The notes: a model not told the origin generated them from the sequence alone. Shown: positions 37,099 through 49,866, counted from the whole stretch's first letter. The stretch is 63,110 nucleotides of DNA, filler included, from Rhabdomonas costata (GCA_019059605.1; 53 parts of 53 records of this genome joined end to end with filler, not necessarily neighbours in it); one strand, 5' to 3'. Translations and numbers: made by a program.

Positions 37099-38088
37099 CT
37101 ATGGTGGGTGGGCCTCGGGCTTCCCGGAGGTCTCTTGAGATCTCTGGAGGCCCTCCTCCTCGTTCTTGTGCCCTGCAGGAGGCTGTGCCAATCCATGGGG
37201 GTCGTAGTGGTACCCCGCTACCGGTACGAAGCACCCGCCCCGACCGTCGTCAAACGCAAACATCACCGTGGGCCCGGAGGTTTTATCACGGCTTAGACGG
37301 CGCGGGTCCTCCCTGGACTCCCTGTGCGAGTACAAAACAGAAACAGATGCAAGCGGGGAACGTGGCGAACACTATCGGTCAGAAGTTCACTCAAGATGAA
37401 AGGAGATGGGGATGCCGTTCTCTACGCTGCCCCCACCCCCCCAAAAAAGCCACTGATACCTGAAAGGCCTTGCATGAAGGGAACAGGAGATACGTGCGTG
37501 ATCTGCATTTTCAGGACCTGCGCCTGCGCAACGGTGGGGGCAGGTTGAGCTGGAAGTGCAGGTGAGGTCCCGTGGAGAAGCCCACGTTGCCTGAGTACCC
37601 CAGCAGGGAGCCTCTGGGGATGCTCTGCCCCACCCTGACCTGGGCGCTGCCACACTCCAAATGCAGGTAGCTCGCAATGGTCCCGTCGATGTGCTGAACC
37701 TGCACCTACAAACAGTGGCGTATAACAGGTGTATTCGTCAGAATTTGGCTCTTCAAAATCCAGCAGCTTCGCCCACAGTACTCAGATTCCCTCCAGATAA
37801 CAAATCACTAGAGAGCAAAGTAGTACGAAGTAGTACATGCCGAAGAGCAGCAAAGGTGCTGTCAGGGGTGTCGGCCTCCCATTGGGCCCCACTTCTCTGC
37901 TTTGCACAGATCATGATTTTCACCAGGGGGAGCCTTAGGCTGTTCTGAGAATCTCTGCATAAAAAAAGCACTATGCTTTCCCCACACCTCGTTCGCCTCG
38001 AAAAGGAGACCCACGAAAATCCCGCTGCCTCGCCGGCTGTCCTGCACCCTCACCACAACCCCACCAGCGGCGGCCACCACAGGGGTGT
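37099..38088 (-). CDS. M23 (LytM-type) metallopeptidase, 3' part, three exons (38088-37988, 37705-37518 or 37524, 37321-37099)
   Basis: TPVVAAAGGVVV..FEANE|VQVQHIDGTIASYLHL..VRVGQ..GSLLGYSGNVGFSTGPHLHF with the HxH zinc motif intact; both introns keep frame; stop codon at 37099-37101. Confidence 0.92.
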
Positions 38089-39230
38089 NNNNNNNNNNNN
38101 NNNNNNNNNNNNNNNNNNNNNNNNNNNNNNNNTTAATTAATTAANNNNNNNNNNNNNNNNNNNNNNNNNNNNNNNNNNNNNNNNNNNNGGGTGTTGTGTC
38201 CCTGATATGCGTGGGCTGTTTGATTTTTAACCAAGAACGCAGAGCAATGAGCGCGAAGCGGACGCAGGCTTGGGCCTTTACCAGGCCCCATGGTGGCCCT
38301 ATATATCTATTTTGGCTTGAAGCGGTTCGTAGGTGCGCTCTGAGTGAGCAGAACAACCACGACAAGCACAATTTGCTAATGTTTGTTGGAGTTCAAATGC
38401 GTTTCGTCTGCGGCAAGTTGTCGGACAACTTTCACGGGAATCACGAACAACTTTCGTGGGAAAGTTGCGAGAGTTCCTGATTCATCTCTGAACAGGAAAC
38501 AAAGCTCGCAGTTGCCCGCTCCGCTATGTAGGCATTCACCATTTTCACATCCCACACAATCACAGGAGGTCACTGCGTGCAGGTCACTTCACATCTCCTG
38601 CTGTGATGCTGCGGCTTAACTCGCGCCCAATCAAGGGGGAAGTTTCCGAGAGTAAATACATTTTCGTAGCTCCGAAGCATTCTTTAAAACTATTCATAAG
38701 GTGCCGTTAACACGTTTCGGCCATGAGTTAGCGATTGTCACAGGCAGAGTTGTCGATAAGAGTGAAAAAAAACGTGTCAGTAAACTAACTCTACTTGCAC
38801 TAAAAGCAGAACAAAAACTCTGAAGATCATCTACCAAAAAACACATCTCTGATTACAAAATAAAAGCAAGGCTACCGTTTCCATGTTGAAGCCGATTGTG
38901 GGCACGGTGGCAACGACCTAAAGGCAAGAGGAACGAAAGCAACCGCAACCCATGACAGAAACCAGCAATTTGGGGTTCAAAAGGGAATAATGACATTTCA
39001 TTACGAATCTCTAACTGTGCCAAAAAAAAAAGTACAACCCCCAGGCTTCGCCTGCCAAAAGACAGGCAGCCAGCTCCTAAGCAGACTGTAAGCCCATAAC
39101 CCATGCCAAGGCATCGACTCAGAGATTCCACTGAGAAGACTGTAATCGGCTGAAAGTCCGTGATGAACAAAGACGCACAGTTCTGGGATGTGTTCTACTG
39201 GACATCTCTCTTGGGGGCTGAAGAGAGCGC

Positions 39231-39281
<51 letters not shown>
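39231..39281 (+). repeat. (CTA)17 microsatellite at a contig end
   Basis: Read directly from the sequence. Confidence 0.97.
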
Positions 39282-41765
39282 NNNNNNNNNNNNNNNNNNN
39301 NNNNNNNNNNNNNNNNNNNNNNNNNTTAATTAATTAANNNNNNNNNNNNNNNNNNNNNNNNNNNNNNNNNNNNNNNNNNNNTTTTGGTGGTTACAATGTG
39401 TTTTTTTTTGGTTTTCTTCTAACGGTTTTGTTTTGGGAATCGGAAAAGAGGAGTTTCAACTAACTTTTTACCGAATTAACAAAGTATTTTGTAAAGTAAA
39501 GTACGTATCCATAAACCGGGCCCTGAGCCCAGTACGAGTCCTGCCCAACCACCACCACTGTTTTTCACGTAGCAAATTGCCCAGTTTGCTAGCACAGCAA
39601 GCTTATTTATAAAGTCATTGGTAGTCTTTCGTTCGCAACGGGCCATTTGCAACAGACGTAGGCGGGGAGGGTTCCCCCGAAGCACGTCGGCCAAGTTGTT
39701 GCAACTTTAATTCCCTATTGGCCCTTTAGGCCACTTCCTTTCATCGGGCGTTTCGGGGATTTAAAATGATACCTTCCTGAAAATGTATCTTGCGGCTTCA
39801 TGATCTCATGCTGGATGAAATTCTTTTTGTCTGCGTCAACAAAAAAACCGAAGGTCTTTCATAATCAACTTCCTGAAAAAGTTTGCCGCTGGTGTAAAGA
39901 CTCTCTCTCAATCAGATGCTCCGCGTTGTGGCATGGTGCTCGGAAAACACCTGCTGTGCTTGCAGAATCTTGTGTTAAATTCGCGGCATCGCTTGCAAAG
40001 GAGCGGTCATTGAATGGCGTTAATTCCATTGGTCCGGGTGCCCTTCCTCATGGATAATTGGTCCACCCATTGATAGCCAGTCGCCTTTGGAATCACCCGT
40101 AAAGTGGGAAGTTGTGCGGCACAATCAATCATGACGTGCATGTTCTGTTGTTTTACCAGTCCCCTCAAAAACAAGATAGAAAGAACAAAAATGGCAATGG
40201 GTTACTACGGCCATGCCAACTGTTCTGTTTCAAACGCTGTTTCCGCTCAAAGGGCATAAGTACGACGCTGCGCTTTGTGTTACAACCGCGGCGGCTTGTC
40301 AAACCACTCCTCAACGGCTACCTCGGTTTCTGGTTCCTGGTTTTGATAAACGACGCCTTTACATTAGAAAACCCGGGGATTTATCCGCTTTCCGCGGATT
40401 GTTGAGCGAAGCCATTCCTTGTGGTGGGAAAGTGGGGGAAACCACACAAGCACACACAACACACACACCAACANNNNNNNNNNNNNNNNNNNNNNNNNNN
40501 NNNNNNNNNNNNNNNNNTTAATTAATTAANNNNNNNNNNNNNNNNNNNNNNNNNNNNNNNNNNNNNNNNNNNNGTTTTGGGTTACGAATCGATAAGAAAC
40601 CTCATCCCCCTCCCATCCCCCCCCATACCGGACAGTCCTTGCTGGACCCTGAGACGGTTGCCCGGCTTTTGCCTGCCCTCCGGGAGCTCCTGCAAGGACT
40701 GTCCGGTATGGGGGGGGATGGGAGGGGGATGAGGTTTCTTATCGATTCGTAATCCAAAATCCTTTGTCGTTTCTGGTTCTGCTGTGTGCACTGTCGGGGA
40801 TGGTCACCCAACATCCGCCAGGCCGGCACGGTGGCCTCGCGGCAGAATGTCTTCCAGGTATGAACGGTCTTTGGCAACGAAGGTGGCTGCATCCGACCCC
40901 CACCTGAAGTTGCAGTGGGGACAACAGTGTCCATTGCAAGCGAGTGACGTGGGAAGCAACAAGAAAAAGCAGAGTGCATCTACAGTGGGAAGCAAACGGG
41001 ACCACAAAGGGAACGCTGCGAGCAGTTAAATGGCAGTCCGGCTCCAGTGGATCAGCGAAATTCCTGTCCCACACTCCCGCCGACCCCTGTGAAACAGCAC
41101 CCAAGCCTTCTCGCGAGCAGCGTCGAATCCTTCCACATAGCTTTAACCCCCCAGATGCATGCTCTGCCTTAAAAGATTATGTCCTCCTGACGAGCGGCTT
41201 CTTTTAGGAGGGTGTGGTAATGGAATGGGACAGATGCTGACCAGACTCGGGCCGCTCTGCCCATGGCTGGGGAGGCCGTGGTGTTGCGTGCACGATGTGC
41301 CGCCCTGCATGCGCTGGCCTTCCTCTTCCCCCACCACCACCAGTGCCCCGCTAACTCCACCAGCGCTGCCGTGCTGGCAGCTCTGCAAAGGTCATGTGTG
41401 TGTGCGCGCGCAACACCAGCTAGCAGACATCTCAAGTAGAGAGATTTCCAGAGTATCGAGCCGTAGGCCCCAGTAACAGCCACGTCATCTGGGGAGTAGG
41501 TGACAATAATCTTTTGTGAGCACTGTGATCACTGGTGAAGTAGTGAAAGGGCATTCTCCGTAACGAGGGTGTTCCTGTTATCCCAACATCAGAAGTACAA
41601 AGAGGGTCCAAAGAGAAAGACCCCGCAACACCCCTGTTTTCCAGGCAACCCAGCAAAAAGACCCCNNNNNNNNNNNNNNNNNNNNNNNNNNNNNNNNNNN
41701 NNNNNNNNNTTAATTAATTAANNNNNNNNNNNNNNNNNNNNNNNNNNNNNNNNNNNNNNNNNNNN

Positions 41766-42106
41766 GGGTTTTGTTCAATGTAAAATGTTTGAAAAATATT
41801 TTTTACTTTTTCGATAATTTGTTCCATGACTGGATCTATTTCATGTGTCTGTCTGTTATAAACTGGAAGTACTTCTGTTTTGTTACTTCCAGATGACAAC
41901 GATGAATTATCTGATGAATCAGATGATGTATCAGGTGATGAATCAGTATCAAACGTTGTCTCTTCTTCGACTTTGTTGATTGGAATAATTTTTGTTGTCG
42001 GATAGTATGTCTGTTTTTGTGGTTGTGTTTGTTTAACTGATGGTCGAAATTCAAAATTCAAAGAATCTGTAGTCGTTTTACTGAGTGGTTCGTAAGTGCG
42101 AAACAT
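41766..42106 (-). CDS. Hypothetical protein (5' part), probable giant-virus early gene
   Basis: AT-rich intronless ORF open to the contig edge, with an Asp/Ser-rich stretch; AAAATTGA about 80 nt upstream. Confidence 0.65.
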
Positions 42107-42186
42107 TTTTATTTCTTATTGTTTGAATGTGTGTCTTCGTATGTGTAGACTAATTGTTTATATATATCATGTAACATAATAAATTA

Positions 42187-42194
42187 TCAATTTT
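42187..42194 (-). promoter_or_regulatory. AAAATTGA mimivirus-type early promoter motif (for the minus-strand ORF)
   Basis: Plus strand reads TCAATTTT in a very AT-rich intergenic spacer. Confidence 0.7.
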
Positions 42195-42250
42195 TATTTT
42201 TAAATATAAATAAAATTATTTGTTCTACCATCATAAAAGTCATTAGACAA

Positions 42251-42258
42251 AAAATTGA
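42251..42258 (+). promoter_or_regulatory. AAAATTGA mimivirus-type early promoter motif (for the plus-strand ORF)
   Basis: Exact octamer about 70 nt upstream of the ATG at 42327. Confidence 0.7.
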
Positions 42259-42326
42259 TTTTTTTATCTTTTGTATGTTAAATTAAAATATAATTTATGC
42301 TCTTATTGTAATTGAAGTTATTCACA

Positions 42327-42842
42327 ATGCAATACGCTATTCCGTCTAGTTCCGATTCGAATTTGAGTAATGAACAACAAACTACACAGTGTAGTATATG
42401 TAAATGGATCAACAAACAATATAAATCTATTACACAAAAGAAGAAAGTTCAATCAGAAATTACAGTACAAAACAAACTTACAAATTTATGTAGTTCGTGT
42501 GCATTTACACGATATGCAACAATTACAAACAGTAAAAATTATACAATGGCATCAATGGTTTCACCGAAGCTAACTGAACTATTGTATCAAATGTTAAATG
42601 AACAATACGGTAGTCCGGTAAAAACAAATTTCTGGCTTTCTGGTAAAAGTGAATTTAAACCAACAAAATGTAAACATGTTGTCATCTCAACATCAAATAT
42701 ATGTACATATCTTCAAGATGCTAAGAAGAGAAATCATTTCATTGAACATCTTAAATTGATGCAAACAGAATTTCTAAAACGGAAAACAGAATACATTGGA
42801 ATCTCTGATGATGATATTTCTAGATTAGCAGATATCAATTAG
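42327..42842 (+). CDS. Hypothetical protein with CxxC..CxxC pairs, probable giant-virus early gene
   Basis: Intronless AT-rich ORF of about 170 codons containing CSIC and CSSC. The stop is close to the contig end, so the gene may be truncated. Confidence 0.7.
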   Translation: MQYAIPSSSDSNLSNEQQTTQCSICKWINKQYKSITQKKKVQSEITVQNKLTNLCSSCAFTRYATITNSKNYTMASMVSPKLTELLYQMLNEQYGSPVKTNFWLSGKSEFKPTKCKHVVISTSNICTYLQDAKKRNHFIEHLKLMQTEFLKRKTEYIGISDDDISRLADIN

Positions 42843-42997
42843 ATGACACACCAACACNNNNNNNNNNNNNNNNNNNNNNNNNNNNNNNNNNNNNNNNNNN
42901 NTTAATTAATTAANNNNNNNNNNNNNNNNNNNNNNNNNNNNNNNNNNNNNNNNNNNNGGGGTGTGTGTTCTTCTTCTTATATATATGGATGGTATGG

Positions 42998-44049
42998 TGT
43001 AGTGTAGTAGAGTAGAGTAGAGTGTAGTAGAGTGTAGTGTAGTGTAGTGTAGTAGGTAAGGAGTAGAGTTAGGTGTTGTTGGTGTTGGCGTTGGTTGTGG
43101 AGTCGGCAAGGTTGACAGAACCGGAGACAGAAAGCATGGTTGAAACACACACAGAGCATGGTAGATAGTGAGCATGGTTGACGCACACAGACACAGAACC
43201 TGAGAGCATGGTTGACAGAGAGCATGGGTGACACACACGAGACCTGGATGCTAACTTGGGAGTGCAAATACGGATAGTAAAGAAAGGATTAAGGCACGAA
43301 ACCATAAAAGCGGACGCAACATCACAATACGCAATGACACCAAAAGGCATGAAACCATGACCCGACCAACAAAGCTCAGCTCACTAACCGGAATACTACC
43401 CAGGACACAAATCACTAGCACGCACCCACGAGACACTGCCAGGAATTGCATCAACCTTCACACCAAGAGCCGGAAACAATGAATGACATCCACACTAGAT
43501 ACCGCTAGACACACCGAGTAACCACACGCTACAAACAAGGGCTGATCAGCAAGCACCATACGCACCATACTTTGCTCCAACGCACCACTGCCCACCAATC
43601 GATAGCAACGCAAGAATCCCACCACCCGAACTCCTAACCCTGACACCTAAAGCAGAAACCATCCTCCAAAACGCATCCGAACCACGAGCATACACGAATA
43701 CACATCCACCATCCAACCCCGAATGCAAGAACACAAAGACGCTAAATCCAACCCACCAACCCTCCAACACCCAAGAAGGCAACAAATACCGGAAGGCACA
43801 CTTACGTAGAGAAGCAACCCCGAAATACATCCCACGACACGAACCCAGAAACCGAAAACCGAAAACATAAACCCCACCACGAAATCCAAAAACTACCACC
43901 TATTCCACCACCAACCACGTAAGCCCACATTACATCCACTGCGCCCGATACGCACCCTACACCATGCCTCCGACCCAGCCTCGAATACCACACTCAGAAC
44001 CCCGATGCACCAGATGCCCACATGACCACCAGATACGTACAACCCACAA
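42998..44049. repeat. (GTAGT/GTAGA)n run, about five AGCATGGTTGA-like repeats, then a long A/C-skewed non-coding tract
   Basis: Pentamer run ~42998-43055; AGCATGG repeats ~43133-43232; G/T-depleted plus strand to the contig end. Confidence 0.8.
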
Positions 44050-44149
44050 NNNNNNNNNNNNNNNNNNNNNNNNNNNNNNNNNNNNNNNNNNNNTTAATTA
44101 ATTAANNNNNNNNNNNNNNNNNNNNNNNNNNNNNNNNNNNNNNNNNNNN

Positions 44150-44554
44150 TTTTTGGGTCGCATGCCTCCCGGTTGGAGGGATAGCCGAGGTGGGATGGGC
44201 GACGTAGGAACCGGTCAGTGGCGGAGAGGTGAAGGCAGTGTAGCTCGCGATGGGAGGCAATCCCAGAGTGGGGTAAGGAGCGGTGGAAGCAGGAGTTGAA
44301 AGGGTGGTGTAGCTGCCAACCTGTGGGTATCCCGAGAAGGACGAAGTGCCTTGGGGTACCGTGATGCCCGTCATGGGGGCAGCGGGGAAGACGGGGTAGC
44401 TTGAATAGGAATGCGAAGACACGCTATAGACAGCAGTGGGCGGTAGGCTGCTGAAAGTGGTGTAGGTCAGGTTTTGAGGCATCCCCGATATGGGAGCGAC
44501 GTAAGGGGTACTCGACGGAGCCGACGGAGCCGAGAAGGTGCCTTGACCTTGCAT
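44150..44554 (-). CDS. N-terminus of a Pro/Ser/Thr/Tyr-rich protein (possibly LTR-retrotransposon Gag)
   Basis: ATG at 44554, frame open to the contig edge, almost no charged residues; a PBS-like sequence lies upstream. Confidence 0.5.
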
Positions 44555-47011
44555 TGAAAGCTCACAAAGGGGTCAGAAGTTAACAACGAATGAAAGGTGG
44601 CTGAGATGGGGTACTGGAACAAGTGAAGAAAGGTGCGGGACCCCAGGGGGTATAATCCCCACGCGGATCACTCACAAGAGCGTTGCCAATGATATTTTCG
44701 ATGGCGAGCTGGCGGGACATGGCCGATGAGGTCAAAGGAAGGAATCAAGGAGCAAGTGAATCGGCTTTTAATCAAAAGCAAGACCGGAGCGTATCTTCAT
44801 CACCGAAGAAGTGGGGCATGATTCACGCCTATCGTCCATATTAAGAGCATGCACAAACACATATGAATACACCGGCTCAATTAAACTCACCCGCAACCTC
44901 GTCACAGAGCCAGACCATAGAAAAAGTCAACGATTCCACCGAAAGAAACCAATTCACAATCAGTCGCTTTCCGTCAATGTGACCTTGCTGTCCCCACATA
45001 CCTTCCACAAAACCTGTCGCGATCTCGGCGTTAGGTGCGGAGAACTGGCACTGAGTGAGATGATTCCCCCTGTCATCACAGGCCACCTTTGCACCAAAGC
45101 ACACGCACGATTCAGCAGCCCCAATAATCCGCCGGTTCCCGCGGCCTTCCAGGCAGGGCGACCTCACCGCGAGCAGCAGAGGTTTCCTCAAGGGTCAGCT
45201 GAGTCCCGAATAAAGGGACTTTCTCTCTCATCACCACCCCCNNNNNNNNNNNNNNNNNNNNNNNNNNNNNNNNNNNNNNNNNNNNTTAATTAATTAANNN
45301 NNNNNNNNNNNNNNNNNNNNNNNNNNNNNNNNNNNNNNNNNCCCGTTTCTGCAGGTTTTGGTGTGCACACAGTCCTTGATGTGAACTTTTTCCTTCCCGA
45401 TTCCCTGCGTGGCCGTGGTATGCGTCACTTGCCTCTTTGTAGCGGTTTTCCATTCACTTCTCTTCGATATATCGGGGTTCCTCCCGCGCTCTAACGGTGC
45501 TTTTTTTTATGCATTTACCCCGGATGATGTTTTGTAATGCTACTGTGCGCTTTGCCGGTATGGATGTCGGGGACTTTGGAACTGGTGCAGGTACGGCATG
45601 GGAGGGGGTGGGGTAGAACTAGCTCCAAAAGGGCAAACTGAATTACGGCGATTACTTTGTCGCGTGGAACGGAGCAGAGGCAGAAAGCACACAGTCTCCA
45701 GAGGCAGGCACATGACGATGACCGGGAGTCACCCCCGAGGTGAGAAACTGCAATTCGATGCACTTCACAACGCTTGATCCCGTCCCGATCAAGGGGAGTT
45801 CTGGCTCCATTTCCCAAAAGCAGTCTGTGTATATGACTTTTCCGTGAGTTTGGTCTGTTATTCAGTGTTGTCGTCGCTGGCGCCGGTGGGTCATGTTTTG
45901 GTCATTCGGAAAGTGAGCTGATCGCGGGCCTTCTTTTTTTACCAGATGCATGTTGTTTGCATGAGCTGCTTGCAAGATTCCACTTTCGTTTCCGCCTTCC
46001 TGCGCTTCAGGTTCTCGCTTGCTTATATTGGATCCTTTTTGAGCCACAAGTTTCTTTTTTTCGGGTGTGCAACTCTTTTTTTGTTTCCACGAGTGGAGCA
46101 CCGCGCTCCCCGTTCCCCACTGTGGTGTGCAGAATGCTTCTGGACACCAGCTTGGCCAACCCTGTGGTGTGGTCCGATGTCTATCTCATTGGGGTTCCGC
46201 TGATCGACAGTCAGGTCCTCCGCCCCTCCCTCGCTCTCTCCTCGACACGGAAAAATCAACCAGTTTTGGCGGCGGGGCAATCGAACGTGCTCGCTTTTTC
46301 ATCGTCATCATCGTTAAGTTGGTAATCATGATTTATGACTCCCACCCCCCGCTGAGTTTGCCCAGTACCTCCCTCGCACGTCTGCACATTCGCTGATCGT
46401 GTGTTTTCCCACCTCAACTGCTGACCAACCCCCNNNNNNNNNNNNNNNNNNNNNNNNNNNNNNNNNNNNNNNNNNNNTTAATTAATTAANNNNNNNNNNN
46501 NNNNNNNNNNNNNNNNNNNNNNNNNNNNNNNNNGTGGGGTGACCGCAAGCATGTTTCCAATCATAAATGCCTGTTTTGTTGCATAGGTTCAGAATTGGAT
46601 GGGGTGCTGAGGAGAGGCGGGAGCATTTTGACACACATTGGATGGGTGGCCGCGCTTCCAGAATTCTGGCTTAGAACGTATGGAATGCAAAGAATTACAC
46701 CCAACGATTTGGGCGGTGACGCCAATTCTGGTTTGGTGGTTATTAAAGCGCATACAATTTCCTATTGGATTTTGCATTCACTTCACTCCCACTTCGGCCT
46801 TTGTCTTCTTTTGTGTTGTCCTTAGGCAAGGGCTTTTTCCCCTGTTTTGTGTGCCCCCTTGCTCTGCTGTGCTTGCGTACAGTTGGGTATTTGGGAACCC
46901 CTCACTCCCCTGTGGGTTTGCAGTGGGTAGGAGAGTGCAGGAGGCAGGAGCGAAGCCACACGCACACCCCTTTCCTCACCCGTTGTCCCACAAAAAAAAG
47001 AGCCCTCGAAA

Positions 47012-47118
47012 ATGTCGATGTCCAAGAAGTCGAAGATGTTCCAGTTCATCAACTGCCGGATCCGGGTGCGGATCCAGGACAACCGCGTTCTGGTGGGCAA
47101 GTTCCTGGCCTTTGACAG
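47012..47118 (+). CDS. SNRPB: Spliceosomal snRNP protein SmB, first exon
   Basis: MSMSKKSKMFQFINCRIRVRIQDNRVLVGKFLAFDR matches the SmB N-terminus and Sm1 motif; GT donor at 47119. Confidence 0.92.
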
Positions 47119-48259
47119 GTCGCGGAAGTACCCGTACATTCCCCACACGTTTACCACTCACATTTTGCTACGGGCTTTACTCCGCTCATGCTACGGGCTT
47201 TACTGCGCCCTTGATCCGAAGGGAAGGAGCTGCGTCGGGACTCACAGTACCGGATCGATGTGTGCTTTTTCTGTCTCTTGCCCCTTCTAGTGTTTCGCTT
47301 CGGGGGAGCGTGGCGGACGTTGGCGGGAGTCGGAAACTGTTTGAAAGGGGAGCAGAGTTAAGGATTGGTGTCACTTTCGATTTCTTTCCATGAGTCTAGG
47401 ACTTGACTGCGCAGTGCCACCCATTGTATCTCACTCCCTTTCCCCGTGCTTCCCTTCAAAATAAGGTATGTTTTACCCGAAAACACAGAAAATCGTTAAC
47501 GTTTCCAGCCGAAGGGTTTCCAACATATAAAATGTCTGGTCACGTGTTTTGCATTGAACCCGGATTGCCTTCTGGGTGGTATGCCCAGAATGCAATCCGG
47601 GTTCAATGCAAAACACGTGACCAAACNNNNNNNNNNNNNNNNNNNNNNNNNNNNNNNNNNNNNNNNNNNNTTAATTAATTAANNNNNNNNNNNNNNNNNN
47701 NNNNNNNNNNNNNNNNNNNNNNNNNNGTGGTTTTTTTACAATTTAAAAGGGGTGTCGTTTTGGGCGCCGTGGGGATACAATTACTCGTGCGCCCAGCTCC
47801 TCACTGCGGCAACAAAACCCCTCGTGGACCTACTGGAGGCCATCAAGTAGAGTTATTTCCACAACTGAAGCATGCTAATTAACCTGTGCATAGTTCCCTA
47901 ACCCTAGGAAGGTTGGGTGGTCTTGCTGTTGAGATAGGTTTGAAAAGGGTAGGCTTTTTATTTTTAAAAAAGGGTCTAGTTAATAACTCGCTAATAAACC
48001 TGACACGAATCCAGGGCGCAGACGAGTAACAAAAACCAAGTATACAAGGCGATCGTTATAAGTACAGGAAAGTCAGCAAGATAACAGAATACTCTCCACA
48101 AACGTTTCGGCAGCACCAGGAGAGAAAAAGAGAAAAAGCTTCGCTTACCGAAGCCACACACAAGTGCAAGTCCACAGTTACAATGGCTTGGTGGCTAGAA
48201 TGACAGTGGACATGTGAGGGTCCTCTCGGGCAATGTGGACGCCGGTGAAGCCCACACAC

Positions 48260-48781
48260 GTCAGATCCTCAGTGTACTCCGACAGGGTGTAGCTGTCACC
48301 ACACTCAGTGTTCACCAGCATATTTACCGCAAATAGTGCCCCACCGAGGGGCGCAGTGCGGCTCTGTACGGCAGAAGAAAAAATGTCGCGACCCCGACCA
48401 TCAAAGTCTCTTCTTCACCAGCCGCGCTACCCAGCCTTCACAATTTGCGAAGGATGGGTCGCCCGCGTTGCAACAAAATAAGTCCCGGAAACCATTCGAG
48501 GAAAAAGGCAATCAGATAAAAAACAACTGATATGATGAGAGGGGATTTCCAAGGGGAAAAAGGGTTTCGAAAAGCAAACGGAACCTCTTCCATCACAACG
48601 TCCCGGATCGCGATCTGCCCTCCAGGGGCGAGCACCGCAAAAACCTTGGCAAACAGCTCTCGGTTTTGCTCCCGGGAGTTTTGGTGGGCAATGGCGCTGA
48701 CCCAGGCCAGGTCTGCACCCACGGAGGGCAGCGGGTCTTTGTAGAAGTCGCCGGGAACCAGATCGACGCGGCTGCTTAGTC
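48260..48781 (-). CDS. SAM-dependent O-methyltransferase (Methyltransf_2-like), two exons (48781-48585 and 48363-48260)
   Basis: RVDLVPGDFYKDPLP..ADLAWVSAIAHQNSREQNRELFAKVFAVLAPGGQIAIRDVVMEE|SRTAPLGGALFAVNMLVNTECGDSYTLSEY; phase-0 GT-AG intron. Confidence 0.9.
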
Positions 48782-49037
48782 CTGCATCGTCAAGGGTTGC
48801 GTGTTCAAAAACCCACCCNNNNNNNNNNNNNNNNNNNNNNNNNNNNNNNNNNNNNNNNNNNNTTAATTAATTAANNNNNNNNNNNNNNNNNNNNNNNNNN
48901 NNNNNNNNNNNNNNNNNNGTTGGTAGTACACACGGGCGCTGGGTAACACGACGCGATTCTCAGTGGAACCCGCTCAAAACGAGCCCCGCTCTTTTCGTTC
49001 TGGTTTCGATTTTTGTCGCGTTTCGCTGGGCACGCAG

Positions 49038-49866
49038 GGATCAACCTTGAGCAGACCCTGGCCGAGCTCAAGGTGGTGCATCAGGCCCTTCACAGGCGGA
49101 AGACGGTGGTGGAGGGTGTGGTCCCCGAGGCGATGCTTCCCTTTGTGAGACAAATGAGGCGACCCTTGACGACGGAGGAGATGGTACTGCTCACGGGGAC
49201 TTCGGTGGTCGCACTGCAGCACGAGATTGACTGTAGAGCAAAGAAGGCGTGTGTTTCGTGCTTTGATACTCTTTTCAGGCAGCTTTTGCTCTGACCTTCT
49301 CCGTGACTCTTGACTCTCCTTGATTTCTACACGGTGACGAGAGAAACCCATTTGCAAGAACATTTTAGGAAAATTATCAGTGAACTTGGACAGTTATTTG
49401 CAGAATTCAGGGTTACCCCAAACATCACTTTGTAGCTTTTTGGGGGAGGGGGGGGGTCGATTCGCGTTTTCATTGTGTGATTCATTTTTAATTCTTGGTC
49501 GAGTTACTGAGCAGACGCGGAGACCCCCTTTTCTTCCAACGTTGCGAGCCCCGTTCGTTTTCTATTCTTGCGTCTACCACTCTCGTTTCTTTTTTTGGGG
49601 TGACCATTCGGCGGCCATCGTAGGGAGAAGCGCTGGAGGACATCGTGCAGGAGCTCGCCGAGGAACACAGGCAGAGGCTGCTGCAGAGCAGCGCTCTGCA
49701 GCTGCTTTGCGAGGAGAACAAGCGGGTCTGCCTGACCCCACTCAGCCCGACTCAGCTGAATCCCTGCCACCCCATTGGGCTGACGGTGTCTGTGACGGAG
49801 ATCGCTGGAAAGAACGAGCGGCTTCGGGTGGGGTTTGGCCCCGTGGTGACGTGGTTTTCGGAGACG
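49038..49866 (+). CDS. Hypothetical protein, two exons (49038-~49246 and 49624-49866)
   Basis: Two GC-rich open exons with AG acceptors, joined in frame most simply through an AAG|GC donor. Confidence 0.6.
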
